Source: Bacteroidetes bacterium GWB2_32_14
GTDB taxonomy: Bacteria; Bacteroidota; Bacteroidia; Bacteroidales; UBA12077
DNA length: 64,000 nt
Direction of reading: 5' to 3'
Assembly: GCA_001768235.1 (NCBI GenBank)
Contig: MENK01000035.1
Location: 61,755-125,754, forward strand
Of this stretch, positions 1 to 8,206 are shown in pieces. Every line of letters starts with the position of its first letter. The first letter of the stretch is position 1. The notes below the pieces were generated by a model. That model ran no database searches and had not been told where the DNA came from. It saw only the letters and a program-made list of their open reading frames with translations. The position numbers were made by a program, and so were the translations under genes.

Positions 1-608
1 AAAAATATATTGATGCTATTGGCGGAAAAGAAAATATTGAAAAAATTACAGATATTACGTTAAAGGCAAGCACTTCAATGAACGGGATGACGATTAACAT
101 GATAACCTATAAAAAAACTCCAAATAAGTTTGCCATGGAAATGTTAATGAACGGTAATTTACTTAACAAGCAATCTTTTGATGGTGAAAAAGGTAAAATG
201 AAAGGGTTCCAGGGTGAGAAAGAAATTACAGGAAGCGAGTTGGATGAATTAAAAGCAGAAGCTGTAATGAATCAGGAAATGAATTATGCCAACCTGGGAA
301 TTCAGTCTAATCTTGCTGGAATTGAAAAAATAGACGGAAAAGATGCCTACAAAGTAGAACTGATTTCGTCAACAGGTAAAAAATCATACGATTATTTTGA
401 TGTTGAAACTGGTTTAAAAATAATGACCAAACAAACTATTGTTGCACCCCAGGGAGAATTTGAGCAAAACCAGCAATATACAGATTATCGGGAAATAAGT
501 GGAGTAAAGTATCCCTTTTTGATTAAAATTACCGGTATCCAAAACATGGAACTAACTATCGACTCGGTTGAAATTAATGCCGGAATTAAAGATGAAATTT
601 TTCAATAG
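1..608 (+). CDS. 5'-truncated CDS; C-terminal domain typical of Bacteroidota M16 (insulinase-like) zinc proteases / lipoprotein-sorting-like fold
   Basis: Frame is open from position 3 (KYIDAIGGKENIEKITD...) into the 78..608 ORF. The KYIDAIGG start and ...YFDVETGL...DYREISGVKYPF end are characteristic of this domain. Confidence 0.6.
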   Translation, partial: KYIDAIGGKENIEKITDITLKASTSMNGMTINMITYKKTPNKFAMEMLMNGNLLNKQSFDGEKGKMKGFQGEKEITGSELDELKAEAVMNQEMNYANLGIQSNLAGIEKIDGKDAYKVELISSTGKKSYDYFDVETGLKIMTKQTIVAPQGEFEQNQQYTDYREISGVKYPFLIKITGIQNMELTIDSVEINAGIKDEIFQ

Positions 609-623
609 CCTTCGGCAATACAA

Positions 624-660
624 TTGAAAAGGTTGGTTTTTATCAACCTTTTCAACTTTT
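624..660. terminator. Intrinsic terminator, probably bidirectional
   Basis: TTGAAAAGGTTGG-TTTTTA-TCAACCTTTTCAA hairpin followed by CTTTTT, between convergent genes. Confidence 0.75.
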
Positions 661-729
661 TAATGTTTTGTAATTAAATATATTACATTCTATTATTTAA
701 CAATTAATTTTAAATAAAAATCTTCAAAA

Positions 730-2712
730 TTAGTTCACAATAATCTTTTTAGTTATTTTTTTCCCGTTTATACTGATATTAAGGAAATAGACTCCTTTCG
801 GTTTATCTGAAAAATAAACAATATAATCTTCAGAATAATTTCGTATTGTTTCATTAACTATTTCGTTCCCTAAAATATTAAAAAGAGAAATTGTTATTTC
901 GGGACAATTTACCGGAAGTTTTATAGTTAATTTATCTTTAACAGGATTGGGGAAAATTTGCAAATTGTTTAAATCCGGGTTCATATTTGAAGAACTTGAT
1001 GTACTCACAATATATGTTCCATCCAGATATGTGTCTTCGGCATTATCGTTATCCGTGGCAGTAATCATGAAATAAATTGTTTTACCTGCTTCCTGGGCCG
1101 GAATATATGCTTTATATAAAGACTCGGATAAAGCCATTGATTTCTCATATATAGTAACTTCTGAGCCCCTTTTCCATTTCAATAAAACAGATGCTATTGT
1201 TCCGTCAGTATCGGTTACAGTAGCCGAAACCAAAACAGAATCCAAATTGGTCGGACTTGTTGGTGAATATTGAACATCTGAAATACCCGGGGGCTCATTT
1301 GCCGGATTTGCTACAATATAATCCTGTTCTGATGATGTTGCAGAACCTCCTGAATTATCGTTTGCCTCAACTACAAAATAGACATGTGTTGCATCTGCCT
1401 GTGCAGGAATTGCTCCTGTATATACATTTACAGATACTGACATGGAAACCGTATTTTCATAAACACCCGATGTTGTTCCCCATTTAATATTTGCAGATGA
1501 AATAGTCCCGTCAGAATCTGTTATTGTAACTGAAACATTAACATTCTCAGAACTTGTCGGTGTTGAAGGATTATATTCTAATCCTGAAATAACCGGGTTT
1601 TCATTCTCCGGAATATTTACTGAATAAGAATACTCCGCCGTTTGTGTATTTGCAGCTTCATTGTCGGTCGCTTTTATTTCAAAATATACCGTTGTACCAT
1701 TTGCCTGAGCAGGAATACCTGTGTTTGTTATAAATGTTGTTCCTGAAGAAACAGACATTGTAATTGTATTGCTTAATATACCCGAAGTTAAGCCCCAATG
1801 CAATTCTGCACTTGAAATGCTTCCGTCAGAATCTGTTATTGTAGCTGAAATATTTACTGCATCACCTGATGTAGGACTTGATGGTGTTTTTACAATATTT
1901 GTAATTGATGGTAACATATTCCCGCTCCCGCCCCAAATCTGGGCAACATATTCGGGGTGATCGATAAATGGGTTCCGGTTATTTTGAATTGCATATATCG
2001 CATTATTTCTATCTATTTCTTTTTGACTTACAGGGTCAGTATTGCTCCATTGTATTAACATTTCTAAAGCCCAATCGGTAAAACATTTGTCATTGCTTCC
2101 GTCAAGCATGGCCGAACCAGGCCAAGATGATATTACATTTTCATAGCGAGTTACCATATAAAAATAAGTACGTGCAAAATCACCTTTATATTCGTCAATA
2201 GGTTCAAAAACCGTTCCTGTATAACCTGAATATGATGATGGACCAACTTTACTACCATTTATTGAAGTAAAAGTAGGCGAATTGGTTTCACCATAAGGTA
2301 AGCTAGCCCTTGCACTATTAACTACCTTACTTGTAGGATAAATATGGAAAATATCTGTATTCATAGGAGCAACTGCACCCCCGAACCATTCTCTGGGAAA
2401 AGAGTGTTCCCTATTGTAAAATGTACATTCATCTGTTGGTTCAGTTCCATTATCTTGATCTGTTCCAAAAATAAAATCACAATTGGAATAAGTATCCCAA
2501 ACATATCCATCACTTCTATCATCTGTTGTATAAAATGCATCCCAAAGTCCAGGTGTATATGAAACGGATGTATGTCCATCGATAATATTATAAAGCTGAG
2601 TTTTTAATGTATAACCCGTTCCTGTCGCACTATCATAATACCCTGAAGGAATCTGCCCAAATCCGAGTTGCAATAACAAAATCGCAAAACCTGTTAAAAA
2701 AAATTTTTTCAT
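730..2712 (-). CDS. Secreted endonuclease I (Bsn/EndA-like His-Me nuclease) with three Ig-like repeats and T9SS C-terminal sorting domain
   Basis: Signal peptide MKKFFLTGF; motifs NREHSFP, HIYPT, KGDFARTYFYMVTRY, NRNPFIDHPE; three ~100-aa P..PT..V..T.TD.DG.I repeats; C-terminal IFPNPVKDKL...KGVYFLNI...KKIIVN. Confidence 0.88.
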   Translation of the reverse strand: MKKFFLTGFAILLLQLGFGQIPSGYYDSATGTGYTLKTQLYNIIDGHTSVSYTPGLWDAFYTTDDRSDGYVWDTYSNCDFIFGTDQDNGTEPTDECTFYNREHSFPREWFGGAVAPMNTDIFHIYPTSKVVNSARASLPYGETNSPTFTSINGSKVGPSSYSGYTGTVFEPIDEYKGDFARTYFYMVTRYENVISSWPGSAMLDGSNDKCFTDWALEMLIQWSNTDPVSQKEIDRNNAIYAIQNNRNPFIDHPEYVAQIWGGSGNMLPSITNIVKTPSSPTSGDAVNISATITDSDGSISSAELHWGLTSGILSNTITMSVSSGTTFITNTGIPAQANGTTVYFEIKATDNEAANTQTAEYSYSVNIPENENPVISGLEYNPSTPTSSENVNVSVTITDSDGTISSANIKWGTTSGVYENTVSMSVSVNVYTGAIPAQADATHVYFVVEANDNSGGSATSSEQDYIVANPANEPPGISDVQYSPTSPTNLDSVLVSATVTDTDGTIASVLLKWKRGSEVTIYEKSMALSESLYKAYIPAQEAGKTIYFMITATDNDNAEDTYLDGTYIVSTSSSSNMNPDLNNLQIFPNPVKDKLTIKLPVNCPEITISLFNILGNEIVNETIRNYSEDYIVYFSDKPKGVYFLNISINGKKITKKIIVN

Positions 2713-2870
2713 TTTACTTCTGTTACTTATTATCATTCTCTTTATTCCCCAATTTTTTACCTCTAACGGGGGAATAATTGTACTAATAATTCATGAAATT
2801 GTTTCACTTTTTTCAATCTAATTTCATACTTTCGTCAATTCATCGCCATATAACAAACAAAATATTAAAA

Positions 2871-3323
2871 ATGAAAGCTGTAATTCAACGAGTTAGTGAG
2901 GCATCGGTTACAATTGACAACAAAATCAAATCTGAAATTAAACTCGGTTTATTGCTTCTAATAGGAATTGAAGAAGCAGATAATACAGATGATATTCAAT
3001 GGTTAAGCAACAAAATTTGCCAGCTTCGCATTTTCAACGATGAAACCGGGGTGATGAACCTTTCTGTTAAAGATATTGACGGTGAAATTCTTGCAATAAG
3101 CCAGTTTACATTACATGCAAAAATTAAAAAAGGAAATCGGCCATCGTATATACAGGCTGCTAAACCCGAGATTGCTATCCTGTTATACAATCAATTTGTA
3201 GAACAAATCAGCTTTGATTTAGGTAAAAATATCAAGACCGGAGAATTTGGAGCGCACATGGCTGTTGAATTAATTAACGATGGCCCTGTAACCATCTTGG
3301 TTGATACAAAAAATAAAGAATAA
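2871..3323 (+). CDS. dtd: D-aminoacyl-tRNA deacylase
   Basis: MKAVIQRVSEASV start (ATG 2871); SQFTL, GNRPS and NDGPVT motifs. Confidence 0.96.
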   Translation: MKAVIQRVSEASVTIDNKIKSEIKLGLLLLIGIEEADNTDDIQWLSNKICQLRIFNDETGVMNLSVKDIDGEILAISQFTLHAKIKKGNRPSYIQAAKPEIAILLYNQFVEQISFDLGKNIKTGEFGAHMAVELINDGPVTILVDTKNKE

Positions 3324-3324
3324 A

Positions 3325-4707
3325 ATGGATGAACCCTCAACAAAATCAATACAAAGAGCAACCCTGATTGTTGCATCAACGGCATCATTTATAACTCCTT
3401 TTATTGGAGCATCAATTAATATTGCTCTTCCTTCAATCGGGAAAGAATTTTCAGCAAATGCCTTATTATTAAGCTGGGTTGCCACTTCGTTTTTATTGTC
3501 GTCAGCTATTTTTCTGGTTCCATTCGGAAGAATCGCCGATATTTACGGGCGAAAAAAGATTTTTAATTTAGGAATTATTATTTACACTATTTTCACTTTC
3601 TTTAGCGCTTATGCTCCTGATATTAAAATACTTATTCTATTACGCATTTTCCAGGGAATGGGTGGAGCAATGATATTTGGTACCGGAATGGCAATTATTA
3701 CTTCTGTTTTCCCTCGTGAAAGCAGGGGGAAAGCACTGGGGATAGTTGTTTCTGCTGTTTATGCAGGGTTAACCTTAGGCCCGTTTATTGGCGGGGTTTT
3801 AACAAAAAATTATGGCTGGCACAGCATTTTTATTTTTACAATTCCTTTCGGGTTGCTTGCCCTGATTTTAAGTTTTATCTTCTTAAAAGATGATTGGGCA
3901 GAAGCCAAAGGAGAAAAATTCGACTGGAAAGGTTCCTTATTATATGCTGTTTCAATAACATCACTCATTTATGGTTTCAGCCAATTGCCCGGGTTAATCG
4001 GGGGAATTCTTACAATTCTTGGCGTTCTTGGTCTCTGGTTATTTATATCGTTTGAAAAACATCTTGATTTCCCTGTTTTAAATATCCGGTTATTTCAAAA
4101 CAACCAGGTTTTTGCATTTTCTAACTATGCTGCATTAATCAATTACAGTGCAACTTTTGCTATTGGTTTTTTATTAAGCCTTTATCTACAATATATAAAA
4201 GGATTAAATCCCCAGGAGGCTGGACAAATACTAGTTATTCAACCATTACTTATGGCTGTTTTTTCTCCAATTACAGGAAAATTATCTGACAAAATAAACG
4301 CGGGAAAAGTAGCATCAATAGGAATGGCCATGATTTCTGCAGGATTAGTAATTATAAGCTTTATTAATTCTCAAACATCTTTACGTATGATTGTTCCAGT
4401 ATTAATTCTTTTCGGGATTGGCCTAGCCTTGTTTTCTTCACCCAATACAAATGCAATTATGGGTTCTGTAGAAAAGAAATATTATGGAATTGCATCGGGA
4501 ACAATTGGAACAATGCGACTTGTCGGACAGATGGCAAGCATGGGTATTGCTATGCTTCTATTTTCATTATTTATAGGAAAAGTTGAAATTAATCCTTCAA
4601 ATTTTAATGCTTTTATACTAAGTATTCGAACTGCATTTATCATATTTGCAGTATTATGTTTTGTGGGTGTATTTTTTTCTTTAGCACGAAATAATTCAAA
4701 GAAATGA
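3325..4707 (+). CDS. MFS transporter, DHA2 (14-TMS) drug:H+ antiporter family
   Basis: NIALPSI, GRIADIYGRKK motif A and many hydrophobic segments; likely ATG at 3325 just after the dtd stop. Confidence 0.9.
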   Translation: MDEPSTKSIQRATLIVASTASFITPFIGASINIALPSIGKEFSANALLLSWVATSFLLSSAIFLVPFGRIADIYGRKKIFNLGIIIYTIFTFFSAYAPDIKILILLRIFQGMGGAMIFGTGMAIITSVFPRESRGKALGIVVSAVYAGLTLGPFIGGVLTKNYGWHSIFIFTIPFGLLALILSFIFLKDDWAEAKGEKFDWKGSLLYAVSITSLIYGFSQLPGLIGGILTILGVLGLWLFISFEKHLDFPVLNIRLFQNNQVFAFSNYAALINYSATFAIGFLLSLYLQYIKGLNPQEAGQILVIQPLLMAVFSPITGKLSDKINAGKVASIGMAMISAGLVIISFINSQTSLRMIVPVLILFGIGLALFSSPNTNAIMGSVEKKYYGIASGTIGTMRLVGQMASMGIAMLLFSLFIGKVEINPSNFNAFILSIRTAFIIFAVLCFVGVFFSLARNNSKK

Positions 4708-5030
4708 CAATACAGGAAGCACAGGAAAAAGTTGATCTCTGGATTAAAACCTTTGGTGTTCGTTATTTTAATGAATTAACCAATATGGTTTTACTTACAG
4801 AAGAAGTTGGTGAATTGGCCAGAATTATAGCACGAAAATATGGAGAACAATCATTCAAAGAGAGTGATAAAGGGAAAAATATGGATGAAGAAATGGCTGA
4901 TATTCTTTTTGTGCTGATTTGTTTGGCCAATCAAACAGGAATTGATTTAACTGAAGCATTACAAAAAAACCTTGAAAAGAAAACAAGCAGGGATTCTGAA
5001 CGGCATAAACAAAACAACAAATTAATCTGA
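4704..5030 (+). CDS. MazG-like nucleotide pyrophosphohydrolase (YpjD family)
   Basis: LTEEVGELAR...EEMADILFVLICLAN motif; ATGA overlap with the MFS gene. Confidence 0.92.
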   Translation: MTIQEAQEKVDLWIKTFGVRYFNELTNMVLLTEEVGELARIIARKYGEQSFKESDKGKNMDEEMADILFVLICLANQTGIDLTEALQKNLEKKTSRDSERHKQNNKLI

Positions 5031-5055
5031 TCACTTAATTTTAAAATATATCACG

Positions 5056-5925
5056 ATGAAAGATTTATTTACTAAATACGACAGTCTGTTTTTAAAAGAC
5101 GATATTAAACAAAAAGTTACTGCATTAGCAAACAACAGCCATCAATATTTGACTACCGATAATTTAAAATTATTATTTAGTTTAATAGATTTAACCAGCT
5201 TAAATACAGAAGATAATGAAACAAAAATTAAATCAATGACTTTAAAGGTTAATGATTTAAAAAACCATTATCCCGATATGCCCAATGTTGCAGCTATGTG
5301 TGTTTATCCCAGTATGGTTGAACACGTAAAAACAAATCTTTCGGTTAAAGGATTGGGCTTAGCTTCGGTTGGGGCAGGTTTTCCTTCTTCACAAACATAC
5401 AAATCAATTAAAATTGATGAGTGTAAACAAGCTGTTTCTGCAGGTGCAACCGAAATAGATATTGTACTTTCTGTGGGTAAATTTTTCGAGGGAGAGTATA
5501 ACTTTTGTTATAACGAAATAAAAGACATTAAATCAGCTATTGGCAAAACTCATCTTAAAGTAATTCTTGAATCCGGAGCATTAAAATCATATCAGCAGAT
5601 TTGGGAAGCAAGTATTCTTTCCATGGAAGCGGGCGCAGATTTTATTAAAACATCAACAGGAAAACAAAATCCGGCTGCAACACTCGATGCTGTTTATGTT
5701 ATGACCAAAGCTATTAAATCATTTTATGAAATTACAGGCAAAAAAATCGGGATAAAACCTGCCGGAGGTATTGTAACTACAGAAGATGCTTTAGGATATT
5801 ATTCTATAGTTAAAGAAAACCTTGGATATGACTGGTTAAACAATGAATTATTCAGAATTGGAGCAAGTCGCCTGGCGAATAATTTACTAACCAATATTTA
5901 TAAAAAAGAAATTCAGTATTTCTAA
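5056..5925 (+). CDS. deoC: Deoxyribose-phosphate aldolase
   Basis: IDLTSL, GATEIDIV, LKVILESG, GADFIKTSTGK, GIKPAGGI, RIGASRL. Confidence 0.96.
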   Translation: MKDLFTKYDSLFLKDDIKQKVTALANNSHQYLTTDNLKLLFSLIDLTSLNTEDNETKIKSMTLKVNDLKNHYPDMPNVAAMCVYPSMVEHVKTNLSVKGLGLASVGAGFPSSQTYKSIKIDECKQAVSAGATEIDIVLSVGKFFEGEYNFCYNEIKDIKSAIGKTHLKVILESGALKSYQQIWEASILSMEAGADFIKTSTGKQNPAATLDAVYVMTKAIKSFYEITGKKIGIKPAGGIVTTEDALGYYSIVKENLGYDWLNNELFRIGASRLANNLLTNIYKKEIQYF

Positions 5926-5940
5926 GCCATTTGCAATTTC

Positions 5941-5975
5941 ATGCTCCGCCTGAATTCAGGACGGAGTATTTTTAT
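5941..5975. terminator. GC-rich palindrome between convergent deoC and ispB; likely bidirectional terminator
   Basis: ATGCTCCGCCTGAATTCAGGACGGAGTAT, a near-perfect inverted repeat followed by TTTTT. Confidence 0.6.
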
Positions 5976-6949
5976 TTCTTGCGGGTAACAACGTAATCGA
6001 CCAGCCCAATCATTGATTTTTTTGAATCATTATCAGGAAAATCTTTTATTATTTCTAATGCTTTTAATTTATATTCGTTCATAACCCCGGAAGCATAATC
6101 GAGTCCCCCATTTTTTATAACAAAATCAATGACTTCCTGTACTTTCTTTTTATTTTTATGGTGTTTAATAATTCGTTTTATAATTTCTTTTTTATCCGTG
6201 CCATTGTTTTTTCCCAATACATGAATAATGGGGAGAGTAAGTTTTTTTTCTTTAATATCGTTGCCCGAAGGTTTGCCAATTAATCCGTTATTCTGATAAT
6301 CCAGTAAATCATCTTTAATCTGGAAAGCCATTCCCACATACTCACCAAAAAGTCGCATTTTTTCAACTGTTTCGTCATCTGCACCCGATGATTTTGCTCC
6401 ACAGGCAGTGCATGCCGCGATTAGGGCTGCTGTTTTTTTCCGAATGATCTCGTAATAAATATCCTCTGTAATATTTAATCTTCTTGATTTTTGTATTTGA
6501 AGAAGCTCTCCTTCACTCATTTCTCTAACAGCAACAGAAACTATTTTTAGTAATTCGTACTCATTATTTTCTACCGCGACTAAAAGTCCTTTTGATAGTA
6601 AATAATCACCAACAAGAACACTAATTTTTGATTTCCAGAGAGCATTAACAGAGAAAAAACCTCTTCGTTCATACGCCTCGTCAACAACATCATCGTGAAT
6701 TAATGTCGCGGTATGTAAAAGCTCTATTAATGATGCCGCGGTATATGTTGAATTACCCACTTCATTATTTATCATTTTTGCTGTAAGGAATACAAACATG
6801 GGCCGCATTTGCTTTCCTTTTCTTCGTAAAATATAATTCATTATTATATTCAACAAGGGAACTTTTGTTTGCATCGACGACCTGAAATACGGTTCAAACT
6901 GCTGTATCTCATTTTTTATCGGGGCTGCTATTTTATCTATTTCAGACAT
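5972..6949 (-). CDS. ispB: Polyprenyl (octaprenyl/heptaprenyl) diphosphate synthase
   Basis: GKQMRP, LLHTATLIHDDVVD..RRG, FQIKDDLLD aspartate-rich motifs. Confidence 0.92.
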   Translation of the reverse strand: MSEIDKIAAPIKNEIQQFEPYFRSSMQTKVPLLNIIMNYILRRKGKQMRPMFVFLTAKMINNEVGNSTYTAASLIELLHTATLIHDDVVDEAYERRGFFSVNALWKSKISVLVGDYLLSKGLLVAVENNEYELLKIVSVAVREMSEGELLQIQKSRRLNITEDIYYEIIRKKTAALIAACTACGAKSSGADDETVEKMRLFGEYVGMAFQIKDDLLDYQNNGLIGKPSGNDIKEKKLTLPIIHVLGKNNGTDKKEIIKRIIKHHKNKKKVQEVIDFVIKNGGLDYASGVMNEYKLKALEIIKDFPDNDSKKSMIGLVDYVVTRKK

Positions 6950-7137
6950 TCTCGGAATTATAAATACGTAAAAAAGAATGACAGAAATTTAATCAAATTC
7001 TTTAAATCCATATACACCCCAAACAAAATCATTTCAAGAAAGTTCGTTTTTTTTATTCGCAAATCATAAAGAATTCATTATCACCTCTAAATTTTTATTA
7101 GCTGATATTCGTCATGAATTTTTAAATGATATATTTA

Positions 7138-7145
7138 TATATTTG
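7138..7145 (+). promoter_or_regulatory. Bacteroidota sigma-A -7 element (TAnnTTTG) for the ArsR gene
   Basis: TATATTTG about 34 nt upstream of ATG 7179. Confidence 0.55.
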
Positions 7146-7178
7146 CATTTGTTAATTAACTAAAAACCTGTTTAGAAA

Positions 7179-7481
7179 ATGAAGATTAAAGACCTGACAA
7201 TAGAACAACTTGAAGACGCGGCAAATATGTTAAAAGCAATTGCACATCCCATGAGAATTGCTATTTTGAGTTTTTTGGAAGATGGAAAAAAATTAACAGT
7301 AACAGAAATTCATGAGAAACTTGGAATTGAACAATCTACCACATCGCATCATTTGGGAATACTGAAAGATAAAGGCGTTCTATGTTCAAAGAGGGAAGGG
7401 AAAAACACGTACTACTCATTAAAACACAGCAATTTAAGCAACATCGTAAATTGTGTAAGCAACTGTACGTCTGCCGATTAA
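7179..7481 (+). CDS. ArsR/SmtB family transcriptional regulator
   Basis: LKAIAHPMRIAIL...QSTTSHHLGILKDKG...REGKNTYYSL winged HTH. Confidence 0.93.
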   Translation: MKIKDLTIEQLEDAANMLKAIAHPMRIAILSFLEDGKKLTVTEIHEKLGIEQSTTSHHLGILKDKGVLCSKREGKNTYYSLKHSNLSNIVNCVSNCTSAD

Positions 7482-7506
7482 GCCTGTTTTAAATTTAAAA
7501 TTATAT

Positions 7507-7552
7507 AAAAATCATTCAAATATCCTGCTTTGAATGGTTTTTTGTTTTTTTT
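7507..7552 (+). terminator. Intrinsic terminator after the ArsR gene
   Basis: AAAATCATTCAAA-loop-TTTGAATGGTTTTTT followed by a T run. Confidence 0.7.
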
Positions 7553-7575
7553 ATCCTGAATCAACAAATGTATTA

Positions 7576-7583
7576 TATCTTTG
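7576..7583 (+). promoter_or_regulatory. Sigma-A -7 element for queD
   Basis: TATCTTTG 27 nt before ATG 7611. Confidence 0.6.
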
Positions 7584-7610
7584 TTTTTTATAAAATAATT
7601 CTTTCTTAGA

Positions 7611-8060
7611 ATGACAAAGATTCGCGTTACAAAAGAATTTAATTTTGAAATTGCACATGCATTGTGGAATTACAATGGCCCCTGTTCAAATATTCATGGG
7701 CATTCATACAGGCTCTTTGTAACTGTTACCGGCGAACCCGTTATTGATATTAAAAACCCTAAGCTGGGTATGGTTATTGATTTTGGTGATTTAAAAAAAA
7801 TTGTTCATGAAGAAATCATTAAACCTCTTGACCATGCAATCATTCTTTCACAATCCGCTTTTGAAAGCTTAAAAGATGCCGGCAATCAAATGTTTTCAAA
7901 ACAATATATTGTTGATTATCAACCCACATGTGAAAATATGGCAATTGATATTGTACAAAAAATAAAGAAAAAACTACCTGGGCAATTAACCTTACACAGT
8001 ATAAAACTTCACGAAACGGCTACTTCGTTTGCTGAATGGTTTGCTTCAGATAATCCATAA
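7611..8060 (+). CDS. queD: 6-carboxy-5,6,7,8-tetrahydropterin synthase (PTPS family)
   Basis: FEIAHAL, CSNIHGHSY, GMVIDF, LDH, PTCEN, LHET motifs. Confidence 0.92.
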   Translation: MTKIRVTKEFNFEIAHALWNYNGPCSNIHGHSYRLFVTVTGEPVIDIKNPKLGMVIDFGDLKKIVHEEIIKPLDHAIILSQSAFESLKDAGNQMFSKQYIVDYQPTCENMAIDIVQKIKKKLPGQLTLHSIKLHETATSFAEWFASDNP

Positions 8061-8100
8061 ATTTTAATCCTTGCAAAAAATCAAACACATTAAGCTATTT

Positions 8101-8128
8101 TTTGTGATTTGGTATTTGTATTTTGGTA
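8101..8128 (+). repeat. Degenerate heptamer tandem array
   Basis: TTTGTGA TTTGGTA TTTGTAT TTTGGTA between queD and polA. Confidence 0.6.
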
Positions 8129-8206
8129 CTTTGTTTTAATTTATCCTGGTTATAAAAACAAACTGTTTTAAAACAAGAACTTTTAGTTCAACCTAATTTT
8201 CATTTT

